From IMG/VR virus record IMGVR_UViG_3300027141_000003, positions 1 through 64,000 of that record: a DNA stretch of 64,000 nucleotides. One strand, written 5' to 3'. The stretch is from a virus. The notes below the pieces were generated by a model. It had not been told where the DNA came from and searched no databases. It saw nothing but the letters and a program-made list of their open reading frames with translations. Every line of letters starts with the position of its first letter. The first letter of the stretch is position 1. Below, piece by piece: positions 14,645-24,147 of the stretch. The position numbers and the translations under genes were made by a program.

Positions 14645-15262
14645 CTAAGTCCTAATTGAGTAGAATGTTATTAGATTTATTCTATTGCCAGAGGTAATTT
14701 CTGTTACCTGATGGGGTAGGGTATCGTCTCCCACAAAACAGATAAAAGTACCCTTTTTAGGCTTTATTGAAATGTTGTGTTGTGGGAACTCTAGGAGCCC
14801 GCCTTCATATTCATCGCTTAAATACAAAAGCCCAGAATGGTCATTAGCCTGATCTTCTAGCCAATTGTCGTGGTGCAAAGCATTGGCTGCCCCAGTTTCC
14901 ATAAAACAATACATCATATGCTTCATATATATATTTTTTTTAAATATATCAGACACTGCTTTTTCTTGTAAAAGCGCTACGCCAGTCAAGAGATCTTTTG
15001 CCAGATCATTATCTCCATCATAAGGTAGTATTTTATTATTTGCGGAAAGCTCTTCTTTCCGATAAGAATGTGCGTATGCTGGCCCCGCAGACATTCCTTT
15101 TTTCCAAAAATCTTTACTAGATCCAGCTCCATAGTCGCCATTTCCTTCTTCCCAGCTAGGACTATTTACTAAGTTTTTAGAAAAACTTTCTGCTAAAAAA
15201 TCACATGTTTGTTCTGATAAAAAATTTTCTAAAACAAAAACTTTATCAGATAGTATTTGCAT
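14645..15262 (-). CDS. 2OG-Fe(II) oxygenase (prolyl-4-hydroxylase-like)
   Basis: HHDN...LYLSDEYEGGLLEF...HQV...GNR. Confidence 0.88.
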   Translation of the reverse strand: MQILSDKVFVLENFLSEQTCDFLAESFSKNLVNSPSWEEGNGDYGAGSSKDFWKKGMSAGPAYAHSYRKEELSANNKILPYDGDNDLAKDLLTGVALLQEKAVSDIFKKNIYMKHMMYCFMETGAANALHHDNWLEDQANDHSGLLYLSDEYEGGLLEFPQHNISIKPKKGTFICFVGDDTLPHQVTEITSGNRINLITFYSIRT

Positions 15263-15787
15263 TTATCCGATTACAGACAATCTTATTCTAGTTGGCCAAA
15301 AAAATCCAACAAAGGCATTTCTGCTGCCAGACTTAACAACTTTTACTTCGTGCATCAATGATTCTTCTCCTCTAAAAAATATAAAGGTTCCCTTTTTAGG
15401 CTTTATCAATAAATCTTGATCTGGAAAATTAAGCTCTCCGCCTTCATATTCTTCGTTAATATAAAACAAGCTTGACACATCTTCTTGCCCATTTTCAATA
15501 TAGTTGTCCCAATGCAATGGGTTTACTGCTCCAGGAACCATTACGCTATGAAATAATGTTTTAAGCTCCATTGGCTCCCCATAGTGATCCGATATCTCTT
15601 TGCCCATTCGTTTAACAATTTGCAAGAGGAGTGTATCCTTTTCATAAAACTCTTTAATTTCTTTTTCAGATATCCCGAATCCAGTTTTTACAAAAGGGTC
15701 TGCTGCGTCCCATATTTTCTTGTTGTAATGGTCAAAAAGATCATCACACTCTTGGGTAGATACAAAATTTTCTAAGACATTTATCAT
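15263..15787 (-). CDS. 2OG-Fe(II) oxygenase (prolyl-4-hydroxylase-like)
   Basis: HWDN...YINEEYEGGELNF...HEV...GSR. Confidence 0.88.
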   Translation of the reverse strand: MINVLENFVSTQECDDLFDHYNKKIWDAADPFVKTGFGISEKEIKEFYEKDTLLLQIVKRMGKEISDHYGEPMELKTLFHSVMVPGAVNPLHWDNYIENGQEDVSSLFYINEEYEGGELNFPDQDLLIKPKKGTFIFFRGEESLMHEVKVVKSGSRNAFVGFFWPTRIRLSVIG

Positions 15788-15905
15788 TTTCTATACTTTT
15801 CATGCCAACAATCTTCACAGATCATAATGTATTTACTTTCTGTGTTTGTTATTCGGGATGCAGTGTTGCTGCACCCCGCTATCTCACAAATTTGTTCTTT
15901 AGACA

Positions 15906-16061
15906 TTACTTCTTTTTAGTAGTATTTTTGACTGCAGTTTTCTTTGCTGTAGCCTTTTTCTTTACTGGGGCTTTCTTCTTGGCTGGCGCCTTCTTAGGCT
16001 CTTCTCCAAGCATTGCCTTTACTTGTTGCTCTAGCAACCATAATCTTAGCTTATTAAACAT
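15906..16061 (-). CDS. Lys/Ala-rich histone-tail-like small protein
   Basis: ...PKKAPAKKKAPVKKKATAKK..., translated by hand. Confidence 0.55.
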   Translation of the reverse strand: MFNKLRLWLLEQQVKAMLGEEPKKAPAKKKAPVKKKATAKKTAVKNTTKKK

Positions 16062-16281
16062 TTAATCCCTATCTATTTTGTAAGTAATATAGTCTATTAC
16101 TTGTTTTGGTGTCCAGTCATCTGGAAACTCAAAGTTATTTATTTGATCTACTATTGATTTAGTATATTTTTTTTGAAAATATTCTTCTAGTTTGTAGGTC
16201 TCATTTTCTGCCATATCTTATTTTAGCATTTATACGTTAAAGGGGCAAGACCCTTGGGCCCCGCCCCTTTAATTAAGTTAT

Positions 16282-17316
16282 TTACTTCTTTAGTGCAACC
16301 TTTAGCTTAGGGAACTTCTTGTTCCACTTTGTTGCCAAGGCATTGTATTCCGCCTTGTATGTAGCCTTAGCAAGATCTGCTGCTGCTTTTGCTGTTACTG
16401 CATCGGCTGCTGCTTTTGATGTTGCTGTAGCAGAATCTAATGCACGTCCAGCTTTTTCTGCTGCTAGAGCATCTTGTGCTGCTTTGAGTGCTGCATTAGC
16501 TGTTGCTAATTCTGCATTCTTTGCTGCTAGTTCTGCTAGAACATCACGCACTACAATTGTAGCACTTACAGAACCGACTGGCGCTGCTAAACCTGTTACG
16601 GCTGTTGCTACTGTTGCATACGCAACTACTGTTACTGAACCAGTTGCAGGTACTGTTACTGTCTGCTCTTTTGTTCCAACAGTTGCTACTGCTGTGTCAG
16701 TTGTTAGCGCTGTTGCCAGTGCTGCTCCAGAACTTGAAACCAAAGTATTAATTGTGGCTCCACCCTTTGCATTACCGAACACGTCAAATCCAGATACCTT
16801 AAGCACCTGTGATGTACCTGCTGCTGCTGATGCAGGAGCGGTTAGTGTAATTGAGTTCAAAGCACCTGCGGTACCTTGTACATAATAAACTGTTGTAGTT
16901 CCAGCACGAGTAATCGATACTGATCCTACTGCTGTACTTTTAGTATATACATAAAAGTCTGCTGATGTTCCAGTTCCTGTTGCAATTGATAGCGTTGAGG
17001 TTCCAGATGATGCTGTTACTGCTGCACCAGTTGCTGCTAGAGCAGGAACAAGTGTTGCATTTACTGCAACTGCTGTTACTGCTGTTCCAGTGTCTACGCC
17101 TGTTACGGCAATCTTCAATGCATCTGCTGCATCTACACTGTTATCTGCTGGTACTGGTAGTGATACAGGAGTTGTTACTACTGTTCCACCTGTTGCTGCA
17201 GTTCCCGCCACCGTTAGGGTGACAGTTCCAGCATTAGCCTGAGCTGCTGGCGATACAAGCATTGTGCTAGTCAGGGCTGCAGCGATGATTAGCGATACTT
17301 TCTTAAATGAGTTCAT
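16282..17316 (-). CDS. secreted Ala/Thr-rich surface protein (Ig-like domains plus coiled coil)
   Basis: Signal peptide ending AQA; AAGGAG RBS; terminator downstream at about 16238-16272. Confidence 0.75.
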   Translation of the reverse strand: MNSFKKVSLIIAAALTSTMLVSPAAQANAGTVTLTVAGTAATGGTVVTTPVSLPVPADNSVDAADALKIAVTGVDTGTAVTAVAVNATLVPALAATGAAVTASSGTSTLSIATGTGTSADFYVYTKSTAVGSVSITRAGTTTVYYVQGTAGALNSITLTAPASAAAGTSQVLKVSGFDVFGNAKGGATINTLVSSSGAALATALTTDTAVATVGTKEQTVTVPATGSVTVVAYATVATAVTGLAAPVGSVSATIVVRDVLAELAAKNAELATANAALKAAQDALAAEKAGRALDSATATSKAAADAVTAKAAADLAKATYKAEYNALATKWNKKFPKLKVALKK

Positions 17317-17361
17317 TTAATTTGTTCTCCTTCTTACTCTAATTCTTTCTGAATTAGAATT

Positions 17362-17598
17362 CTAGTTTATGTATGAGTTCCGCCATTGTGACGGAGAGTG
17401 ATACTCTTCTATTTCTTTTTTCATTTCAATGCCATCATACATTCGAACAACGTGGATACATGGATCTTGACCTTCGTTAAATTCCGTATCTTCTTGCTCT
17501 GACATTGGTAGTCCATCGTGTGTGGTGCATACAGGAGGTCCGCACCAACCTTTATTAACCCCGTATGACATCCATTCATCAAACTCTAGTTCAGCCAT
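17362..17598 (-). CDS. hypothetical actinophage protein (GWCGPPVCxTHDG)
   Basis: ORF track. Confidence 0.7.
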   Translation of the reverse strand: MAELEFDEWMSYGVNKGWCGPPVCTTHDGLPMSEQEDTEFNEGQDPCIHVVRMYDGIEMKKEIEEYHSPSQWRNSYIN

Positions 17599-17891
17599 TC
17601 TTCAAACTCCTTTAAAAGTTTATGCTTGGGCATTGCGCCTTGCACTTTGTGGACTGGCTTTCCATTCTTAAATAGTACCATAGTTGGAATTGATTGTACA
17701 GAGTATTCCTGTGTTTTTTCAGGATTCTCATCAACATTTAACTTTCCGACCCATAGACCACGCTCACTCGATATCTCGTCTAAGATTGGCGATACCATTT
17801 TGCATGGACCACACCATTCAGCCCAAAAATCAATAAGAACTAGCTTATGATTTTGTAGTACAGAATCAAAGGATTCATCTGTTACTATCAA
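17586..17891 (-). CDS. trxA: thioredoxin
   Basis: DFWAEWCGPCK; SIPT cis-Pro loop. Confidence 0.95.
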   Translation of the reverse strand: MIVTDESFDSVLQNHKLVLIDFWAEWCGPCKMVSPILDEISSERGLWVGKLNVDENPEKTQEYSVQSIPTMVLFKNGKPVHKVQGAMPKHKLLKEFEEWLN

Positions 17892-18100
17892 TTTTTGTCC
17901 TTAAGGTCATCTGCTGCTTCGTTGAACTTATCCATAAACATTTTAACTACAAAATAAGAAGTTTCTGTAGCATTTTTATTTAGGTTAGCAATGCTTTCTT
18001 CCGACTGCTGATCTTGAGGCATAGCGTTAAACCACTTCTGGAATAACGCTGTGCCTACGTCCTGAATAATTGATTCAAGGACTGTCATTCTCTTATCCAT
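17888..18100 (-). CDS. hypothetical protein
   Basis: Coupled ORF. Confidence 0.65.
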   Translation of the reverse strand: MDKRMTVLESIIQDVGTALFQKWFNAMPQDQQSEESIANLNKNATETSYFVVKMFMDKFNEAADDLKDKN

Positions 18101-19028
18101 TAATCGCCTTTGTTAAATCAAACAAGTTTCCAAAGGAAGCTGGAAACTTTTTACCTCTATTAATTTTTGTAGATGTTGAGTGTATTAAATCAGTTAACTG
18201 TTTAACTGTATATCCTGGCTTAGACTGCTTCAACGCAATCCATTGGGATGCAGCAATTTGAGCAGATACAGAAGTTCCAGCAGCATTTTTAATTACATTG
18301 CCTGGATATATAGCTTTAGTGTTGCCTAAAGAATAAAAATCTGTTAACAATTGATCAGAGTTACTGATTAAGTCTATGCCATTCTTAGAACCAGACCCAA
18401 TTGCAAATGATTCTGGGATACAAGAAGGCCAATCAATTCTATTGTAATTACGACCATTTCCTGTTGGGAAAAAAGATGGAATGCCAGAAGACAGCAGGTT
18501 ATTAATTGATTTTTGTGTATTTGGGGTAGATGGGCAGTAATGTCCTGCACCTGAAATATTGCTGTCGCCTAAAGACATAGAAACTGCTTGGATATTGAAT
18601 CTATCCTTGTTGGCATAAACCCAATCTAAAGCAGAGTATACTGTTTTTTCACCAGTAATTTGTCGATCAAGATTGATGTTCTGTCCGATAACTCTAACAA
18701 AAACAATATTCATGTTAGGGTTTGCAGCAATTGCTACTGAAGCCATTTGAGTTCCGTGATCAAATCCATTTTTTGTAATAGATGCCAGTGGAAGCGTTGA
18801 GGATCCTGGACCTTCCATAAAAGATTGTCCGTTTGGGCAAGTTGTCCACTCTAATATACAAACTTCGTATATGAGTTTTTCTTTAATAGATGGGATAGAT
18901 GTATCCAAAGCTGTGTCAAGAATTGCAAGAGTAGGGGTTGTAACAGTCCTATTCTTTATGTTAGCGTGTGATGTTGCTGGTACGGTTAATGCTAGGGCTA
19001 ATATGCCCACTACTATTTTTTTATTCAT
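18093..19028 (-). CDS. secreted subtilisin-like (S8) serine protease
   Basis: Signal peptide; AILDT, HGTQMAS, GNG and GTSVSA triad motifs. Confidence 0.85.
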   Translation of the reverse strand: MNKKIVVGILALALTVPATSHANIKNRTVTTPTLAILDTALDTSIPSIKEKLIYEVCILEWTTCPNGQSFMEGPGSSTLPLASITKNGFDHGTQMASVAIAANPNMNIVFVRVIGQNINLDRQITGEKTVYSALDWVYANKDRFNIQAVSMSLGDSNISGAGHYCPSTPNTQKSINNLLSSGIPSFFPTGNGRNYNRIDWPSCIPESFAIGSGSKNGIDLISNSDQLLTDFYSLGNTKAIYPGNVIKNAAGTSVSAQIAASQWIALKQSKPGYTVKQLTDLIHSTSTKINRGKKFPASFGNLFDLTKAING

Positions 19029-19235
19029 ATGTACATAATACTAAATATGTTAAATCCTGTCAAGGGGTCTACTTGTCTTTATTTAGTTTAGAGTTGTACC
19101 ATTTACCAGCGTCCATATCTGGGCCAGCCAGATTATTTTTATCTAATAATAATCCAATTGCTGCGTTTAAGTATTCAATCTGGAATTGCATTCTAAGCAT
19201 TTCCATTTCAAGGAGCCTGATTCTTTCAGATTTTC

Positions 19236-19595
19236 TCATTCTTCCATTCCATTTATATCTATAGGGGTAGGGGCTGTTGCTAAACTACCGCAGTTTGCAC
19301 ATTCCATATCTAAAAAATAAGTTGCAATCTCTCCGTCTTTAAAAATTGCTTTTAGGTCCCAAACAATACTTCCGCAAGGACACACGTGGGTTGGTGTGCC
19401 ACGAAGATCCATTGCATTATGATAATCGTTAGGTCTTAAACTATTTATATCTTTAGGGCCGTTTTCTTCACAATCTTCATCGTGTTCATCTTCATCGTTA
19501 ACAACAAGGATTCTGTTTCTTTCAAGCAAATCTTTGATTACTCCTAAAGTAAGTAATCCAAACATGAGGGCAGAGAAGCGGGAAAACCATTTCAT
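19236..19595 (-). CDS. membrane-anchored zinc-ribbon protein
   Basis: DLRGTPTHVCPCG...CANCG; TATAAT 6 nt before ATG 19595. Confidence 0.7.
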   Translation of the reverse strand: MKWFSRFSALMFGLLTLGVIKDLLERNRILVVNDEDEHDEDCEENGPKDINSLRPNDYHNAMDLRGTPTHVCPCGSIVWDLKAIFKDGEIATYFLDMECANCGSLATAPTPIDINGMEE

Positions 19596-19609
19596 AAATC
19601 TATTATACA

Positions 19610-20167
19610 CTAAACTTGAATATATGTATAGGGAGCAGACACGCTCATATTGAACTCAGTTGCTGCTTCTAATGCAGCTTTAAGTCTAAGTCTAGGGTTT
19701 CTTTGCTTCTTTGTTGCATGCAGTGCTCCTAGCGCTAGCATTCCACCACTGCCTTCCGCCATATAGTTAACTATGTTTTCTCCAACATGAAAGTCTTCGT
19801 CTACTGTAAAAAGCCTACCGCACACTCCAACAATAAAAATTCCACCTGTATCTTCTTCTGATGCCGAACCAACGCTTCCATAACCATGATCTTTAAATGC
19901 AACCTTGACAGAATCAATAAACTTGGTTCTCATAAACTTATCTAAGCCAGAGTTTGTTTTAGTTGGTGTATATTTTGGAGGAGTCCACATGTATTGAAGG
20001 ATTTGTCCCATACGGAATGAGTCTGTAAATGCAATTCCGTATTGACCATTCTTAAACACCTTGGGTTCTTTTCTTGCAAGAATCCAGCCAGTCTTGTCAT
20101 CCGAAGCGGCATGGTCGGACCCCATATAAACGACACCATTCTGGGCTATTGCTACTATACAGGTCAT
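19610..20167 (-). CDS. HslV/proteasome-beta-like Ntn-hydrolase
   Basis: N-terminal M-T-C-I-V, GSD, K, and GSGG...ALGAL. Confidence 0.8.
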   Translation of the reverse strand: MTCIVAIAQNGVVYMGSDHAASDDKTGWILARKEPKVFKNGQYGIAFTDSFRMGQILQYMWTPPKYTPTKTNSGLDKFMRTKFIDSVKVAFKDHGYGSVGSASEEDTGGIFIVGVCGRLFTVDEDFHVGENIVNYMAEGSGGMLALGALHATKKQRNPRLRLKAALEAATEFNMSVSAPYTYIQV

Positions 20168-20185
20168 GCCTCTAGTATACTAAAT

Positions 20186-20500
20186 TTAAAATTCCGTGTC
20201 CAGTTCGTCTAAATGATGCTCTGCATGGCTTACTCTAATTAAAGCATCTTCAAGCTCAGCCTTTACGGATATAAGCTCCTGAATGGTATTATAATATTTA
20301 TCTTTCCATTCAGTCAATTCTTTTTCAATTTTATACAATTCAATTTTAAGGTCTTTTAAATCTAATTTAAGGTGATCCTGCTCACGCTCATGACGCCTAT
20401 TTTTTTCTTTAACATTATCCCTGATTCCAGCAATAAAGGAGGTTGCTGCACCGCTTAATATAGCAGCAGAAATAGCAATAATAGCGGTAGTATAATCCAT
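20186..20500 (-). CDS. membrane-anchored coiled-coil protein
   Basis: N-terminal TM segment plus heptad repeats. Confidence 0.7.
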   Translation of the reverse strand: MDYTTAIIAISAAILSGAATSFIAGIRDNVKEKNRRHEREQDHLKLDLKDLKIELYKIEKELTEWKDKYYNTIQELISVKAELEDALIRVSHAEHHLDELDTEF

Positions 20501-20529
20501 AATAAACTAATTATACCCTAAAATTAATT

Positions 20530-20766
20530 TTAAACTAATAGCTCTGATGCAGATATTTCATTGCCAATATATCGGCGTTTAATAATAAATTCCTTAACAT
20601 AATCTGACCCATTAGATCTCCCAGCCAATATAACTACCCATCTAGGCTCAAGCTTAGACGATATGCAGGTTTCGCATATCAATAGATTAATTGGTAGTAA
20701 GGCCGACTTCTTTGCCTCTAGTTTATTCTTGGATTTATTACAGCTATAACACAATATCTTTTCCAT
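20530..20766 (-). CDS. zinc-finger hypothetical protein
   Basis: CxxC...CxxC. Confidence 0.7.
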   Translation of the reverse strand: MEKILCYSCNKSKNKLEAKKSALLPINLLICETCISSKLEPRWVVILAGRSNGSDYVKEFIIKRRYIGNEISASELLV

Positions 20767-20963
20767 TAGTTTGAGTCCTCAATATGCGTAAATACTATTT
20801 CATCTACAATTGTAAAATCTTCATTTTCCATAAGTTCGTTATACTCTATTCCGTTTTTGTTATAATTAACAATTGATGCGTATGCACCAAGTTTCTCAAC
20901 TGTTCCATGAAGATCTTCTGCGTGAATAAAAACAACATGGGTGATATCATAGTACTCTTTCAC
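20766..20963 (-). CDS. hypothetical protein
   Basis: Coupled ORF. Confidence 0.6.
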   Translation of the reverse strand: MKEYYDITHVVFIHAEDLHGTVEKLGAYASIVNYNKNGIEYNELMENEDFTIVDEIVFTHIEDSN

Positions 20964-21273
20964 TAGGCTTGCCCTCCAGCTCGCATCTTACTCCATATGA
21001 CTCAAGCAGTCGCTTGACCTTTGTTACATAATCAATAACCATTTCTTTCTTGGTTCCCTCAAACTGTAAAAAATTGTCTTCATATAGTCGTAGTGCTAAA
21101 AACTGTGGATACATTACTATGTCCATTAAGAGCATAGAAGGCTTCTTTATTTGATGAACAGCCTTTTTCATCTCTGGGGTATAGAATACTGGCTTATTTG
21201 GTTCGCCAGTCCATTCGTTGACTCCGTATTTAAAATGCTCTTTTAGCCTGTCCTGGCTCTTATCAATAAACAT
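20947..21273 (-). CDS. hypothetical protein
   Basis: Coupled ORF. Confidence 0.7.
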   Translation of the reverse strand: MFIDKSQDRLKEHFKYGVNEWTGEPNKPVFYTPEMKKAVHQIKKPSMLLMDIVMYPQFLALRLYEDNFLQFEGTKKEMVIDYVTKVKRLLESYGVRCELEGKPSERVL

Positions 21274-21616
21274 TTTTCTTCTTTAACTTCTTCCATAGGT
21301 CTTGATCTTTATGCAGATTCTTAGACTTATCAATTGATCCAGATGTCAAGTATACACCACCCCATACACCGTATTCATTTCCTTCAACTCCAGATTCATA
21401 GCACATGCTAATCACTGGACAACTTAAACACATCTCGTCTATGTTCTTTGCTATGTTAGAATCGGATTCATACTTCTCATAAAACAAATCAGTATTCATT
21501 CCTCTGCATATAGCAAGATGAAACCAATCTAAAGAATCTTGATCTATTCCTAAACTACTTAAAATGTCTGACATACTTTGTGGGCAGCTTCCATATTCCA
21601 TTGTTGGCAACTGCAA
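21263..21616 (-). CDS. whiB: WhiB-family Fe-S transcription regulator
   Basis: AIC...FY...CLSCPVISMC...YGVWGG. Confidence 0.9.
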   Translation of the reverse strand: MQLPTMEYGSCPQSMSDILSSLGIDQDSLDWFHLAICRGMNTDLFYEKYESDSNIAKNIDEMCLSCPVISMCYESGVEGNEYGVWGGVYLTSGSIDKSKNLHKDQDLWKKLKKKNVY

Positions 21617-21782
21617 TTCGTTCTGCTGTTCCCCAGGTGTTCTCTTTGAACATTCCTCTTATGCTGGTAAACCCGCCACTATCTTTCTTCCAAATGATAA
21701 GATCGTAATTGTCCCAGTACGGGGTTACACTCTTAGCCTTTTTAATAAAGACTTCGACACCTAGTTCTGTTAGATTTAACAT
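21555..21782 (-). CDS. hypothetical protein
   Basis: GAGGG RBS; sigma-A promoter upstream. Confidence 0.65.
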   Translation of the reverse strand: MLNLTELGVEVFIKKAKSVTPYWDNYDLIIWKKDSGGFTSIRGMFKENTWGTAERIAVANNGIWKLPTKYVRHFK

Positions 21783-21854
21783 TGTCCCTCAAACATAAAC
21801 CGCAGCATCCCACTGATATATATTATACAGTAGAAACTGCGGCTCTGTCAATGA

Positions 21855-22619
21855 CTATTTAAGAAAAGCTCCACCCCATATGGACTTATTTACTTCTTTT
21901 TCTGCTTCGTTAATTGGATCTTCATCTGCAGACTTTTTAATAGGAACACAGTTAGGGACTTTGCGTCCACCCTTGTCTTTCATTCCTTGCTGCTCATATC
22001 CTGACCAACAAGCTTTTTCCATATTATTCCATTTGTCTTCGTCTTCATTATCTGACTCATAGGACTTGCTCATTTCTTCTGAGCATTTAGGGCAATCTTC
22101 GCATTTTGTTCCGTTTGCTTTGCATTCTTCACAGTCACAGTCTTCAGATTTTTCCATTTCATCTTCTGGCTTAGGATCTATTGATTTTGCTAAATCATCC
22201 TCTGTAATTTCAACCACTGCCTCTATTGGATTTACTACATCTTCTAAGATGCCTTTAATTTCTTCTACCATTTCCTGCATTTCTAAATTCTTTTTCATGT
22301 TTTTCTCCCTTGTTACTATTTTTCTAGACCATGAGAACCCTGCGTCCCCACCCCAAGCCAACCACATAATTTTGCCATTAGATGGGTTTTCTGCATTATT
22401 AAAGTCTTTTCCTTTTTTATCTACCTCATGGCGTGAAAAAAAAGAATACATTCTTTTAACTGTTGATAAACTTAAAGTCTCTCCTCTTGCTAGCTGTCCT
22501 GCACGAGTCCAGCCTACTGCCGTTCCCGCACCCTTAGCCTTGCCTTCTTCTTTTAATTTAATTGCACGGCGGGCTGCAGATTGCATTCCTGAAGTTGGTT
22601 TGTATCCTTCAGTTGCCAT
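21855..22619 (-). CDS. conserved phage protein (possible head-associated), with CWxGY...VPNCVP motif
   Basis: N-terminal domain TVKRMYSFFSRH...WGGDAG seen in phage head modules. Confidence 0.6.
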   Translation of the reverse strand: MATEGYKPTSGMQSAARRAIKLKEEGKAKGAGTAVGWTRAGQLARGETLSLSTVKRMYSFFSRHEVDKKGKDFNNAENPSNGKIMWLAWGGDAGFSWSRKIVTREKNMKKNLEMQEMVEEIKGILEDVVNPIEAVVEITEDDLAKSIDPKPEDEMEKSEDCDCEECKANGTKCEDCPKCSEEMSKSYESDNEDEDKWNNMEKACWSGYEQQGMKDKGGRKVPNCVPIKKSADEDPINEAEKEVNKSIWGGAFLK

Positions 22620-22762
22620 TATTTCTCCTTAACGCTAACTACTTTAACGTTTTTAATTTCATCGTCTACGCCAAATATATCATTAGCATAATCTAGAGCA
22701 TCGCTTTCATCAAAGGCTTCTACTTCTGCCGTTACTTCAAGCTTAACTTTGTATGTGTTCAT

Positions 22763-23347
22763 TTACTTACCGCAGGTTGGGCATACTTTTGTTTTAGCTT
22801 TAGCAGGCTTTTGTTCTGCAATTGGTGCTGCTGCTTTAAACTTTGGACGACCAAATCCAACAATAGATATTAAAACTCCTGCTTTGTTTTTCTTGTAGGC
22901 ACGGAGTTGTTTGCAAACTTCTCCGCCATTTCTTTGGCTCCCAGACTTCTTTGAAGATGTGTTTCCTTCAATACACCAAACGGTTCCGTCTTCATTGTCT
23001 TTAACAACAATACCTACGTGAGAAACCCTATCGACGCCATCTGAAGGGAAATCAAAATAGGCTATATCTCCTGGTTCTGGATCTGCAATATCTCCATCAA
23101 TCCATGCGTTAGCTTTTTTAAATGCTGTTACTCCTGCTGGAGTATAAACTGTATTAGGAATCTTTACGCCAGATTCGTTCCCGCACCAATTTACGAAACT
23201 TCCGCACCATGGTTGGAAATTAGCTTTAGTGTAAGCACCATACTTTGTTTCGTTATCCTTTGGACCTTCAATAGTCCCAATCTCTGCTGTAGCAACTTCG
23301 ATTAAACGTGCTGCTGTGCCTTGGTCTGCCATTATTCTTTGTCCCAA
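22763..23347 (-). CDS. endolysin, CHAP domain
   Basis: PWCGSFVNWC, HVGIV and IEGNT. Confidence 0.88.
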   Translation of the reverse strand: MGQRIMADQGTAARLIEVATAEIGTIEGPKDNETKYGAYTKANFQPWCGSFVNWCGNESGVKIPNTVYTPAGVTAFKKANAWIDGDIADPEPGDIAYFDFPSDGVDRVSHVGIVVKDNEDGTVWCIEGNTSSKKSGSQRNGGEVCKQLRAYKKNKAGVLISIVGFGRPKFKAAAPIAEQKPAKAKTKVCPTCGK

Positions 23348-23742
23348 TCTGTATCAACTGGTTGTTCTGCTGGCATCTCTCCGTCTGGCTTTGCCGCTAA
23401 ACGTGCTGCAGTTGCATCAATTTCTGCTTCAAGCTTCTTGTCTGCCTGTGTATTCTTTGCATCTACTTCTTTATTTTGTATTTGGGCCGCCATAATATCC
23501 TTGGCACCTGAATTGCCAATCAAAATTCCTGCAAGTGTGCCTGTAATAAATGTTGCAATACTACCTAGAACATTAAAGAACATCTTGTCATTTTCTGACT
23601 GAGCTCCTATGGGCTGTGTTACAAACAATAGTCCGTAAATAATTCCGACTGCTGTTAGAAACAGGATGCTTCCAAGAGTTATTCCTAGAATAAACTTTAA
23701 ACGAGCATCTAAGTCTGCTGGGGTTAGCTTTTGTTTAGCCAT
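23332..23742 (-). CDS. two-TM membrane protein, putative holin
   Basis: Two hydrophobic helices; adjacent to the endolysin. Confidence 0.6.
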   Translation of the reverse strand: MAKQKLTPADLDARLKFILGITLGSILFLTAVGIIYGLLFVTQPIGAQSENDKMFFNVLGSIATFITGTLAGILIGNSGAKDIMAAQIQNKEVDAKNTQADKKLEAEIDATAARLAAKPDGEMPAEQPVDTDWDKE

Positions 23743-23950
23743 TTGTTATTTCCTGTTCTGGTGTTGTAGGTGTAATTTTTATTACATCATTTGTGCAAGT
23801 CTGTGAAGCTTCACATACTGGAGGATTACATTCTGCAATTTCCCAATTTTTAGGATCTTGACATGGGTATCTATAGAATCCACTATAGCCACATGAACTC
23901 AATGATACCATTAATAGTCCAGCTAAAGCAATAGCAGTTATTTTCTTCAT
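23735..23950 (-). CDS. lipoprotein
   Basis: Lipobox LSSC; Cys/Pro-rich. Confidence 0.75.
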   Translation of the reverse strand: MKKITAIALAGLLMVSLSSCGYSGFYRYPCQDPKNWEIAECNPPVCEASQTCTNDVIKITPTTPEQEITNG

Positions 23951-23964
23951 ACTACTATTATACC

Positions 23965-24147
23965 CTATTCTGAGTTTCTATTTCTGATAGGACTAGTTAC
24001 TATCCATAGAGCAGTAGTAGCTATAATGCCATAACCGACTATATCTTTAGCACTTCCGTCCAAAACAACCCAAGCAATAAACATACCAAGAAGGGTCCAT
24101 GCTTGGTCTACCATATCTTTTAGGATATTCTTTATTATTCTTACCAT
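23965..24147 (-). CDS. small two-TM membrane protein
   Basis: WTLLGMFIAWVVLDG. Confidence 0.65.
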   Translation of the reverse strand: MVRIIKNILKDMVDQAWTLLGMFIAWVVLDGSAKDIVGYGIIATTALWIVTSPIRNRNSE

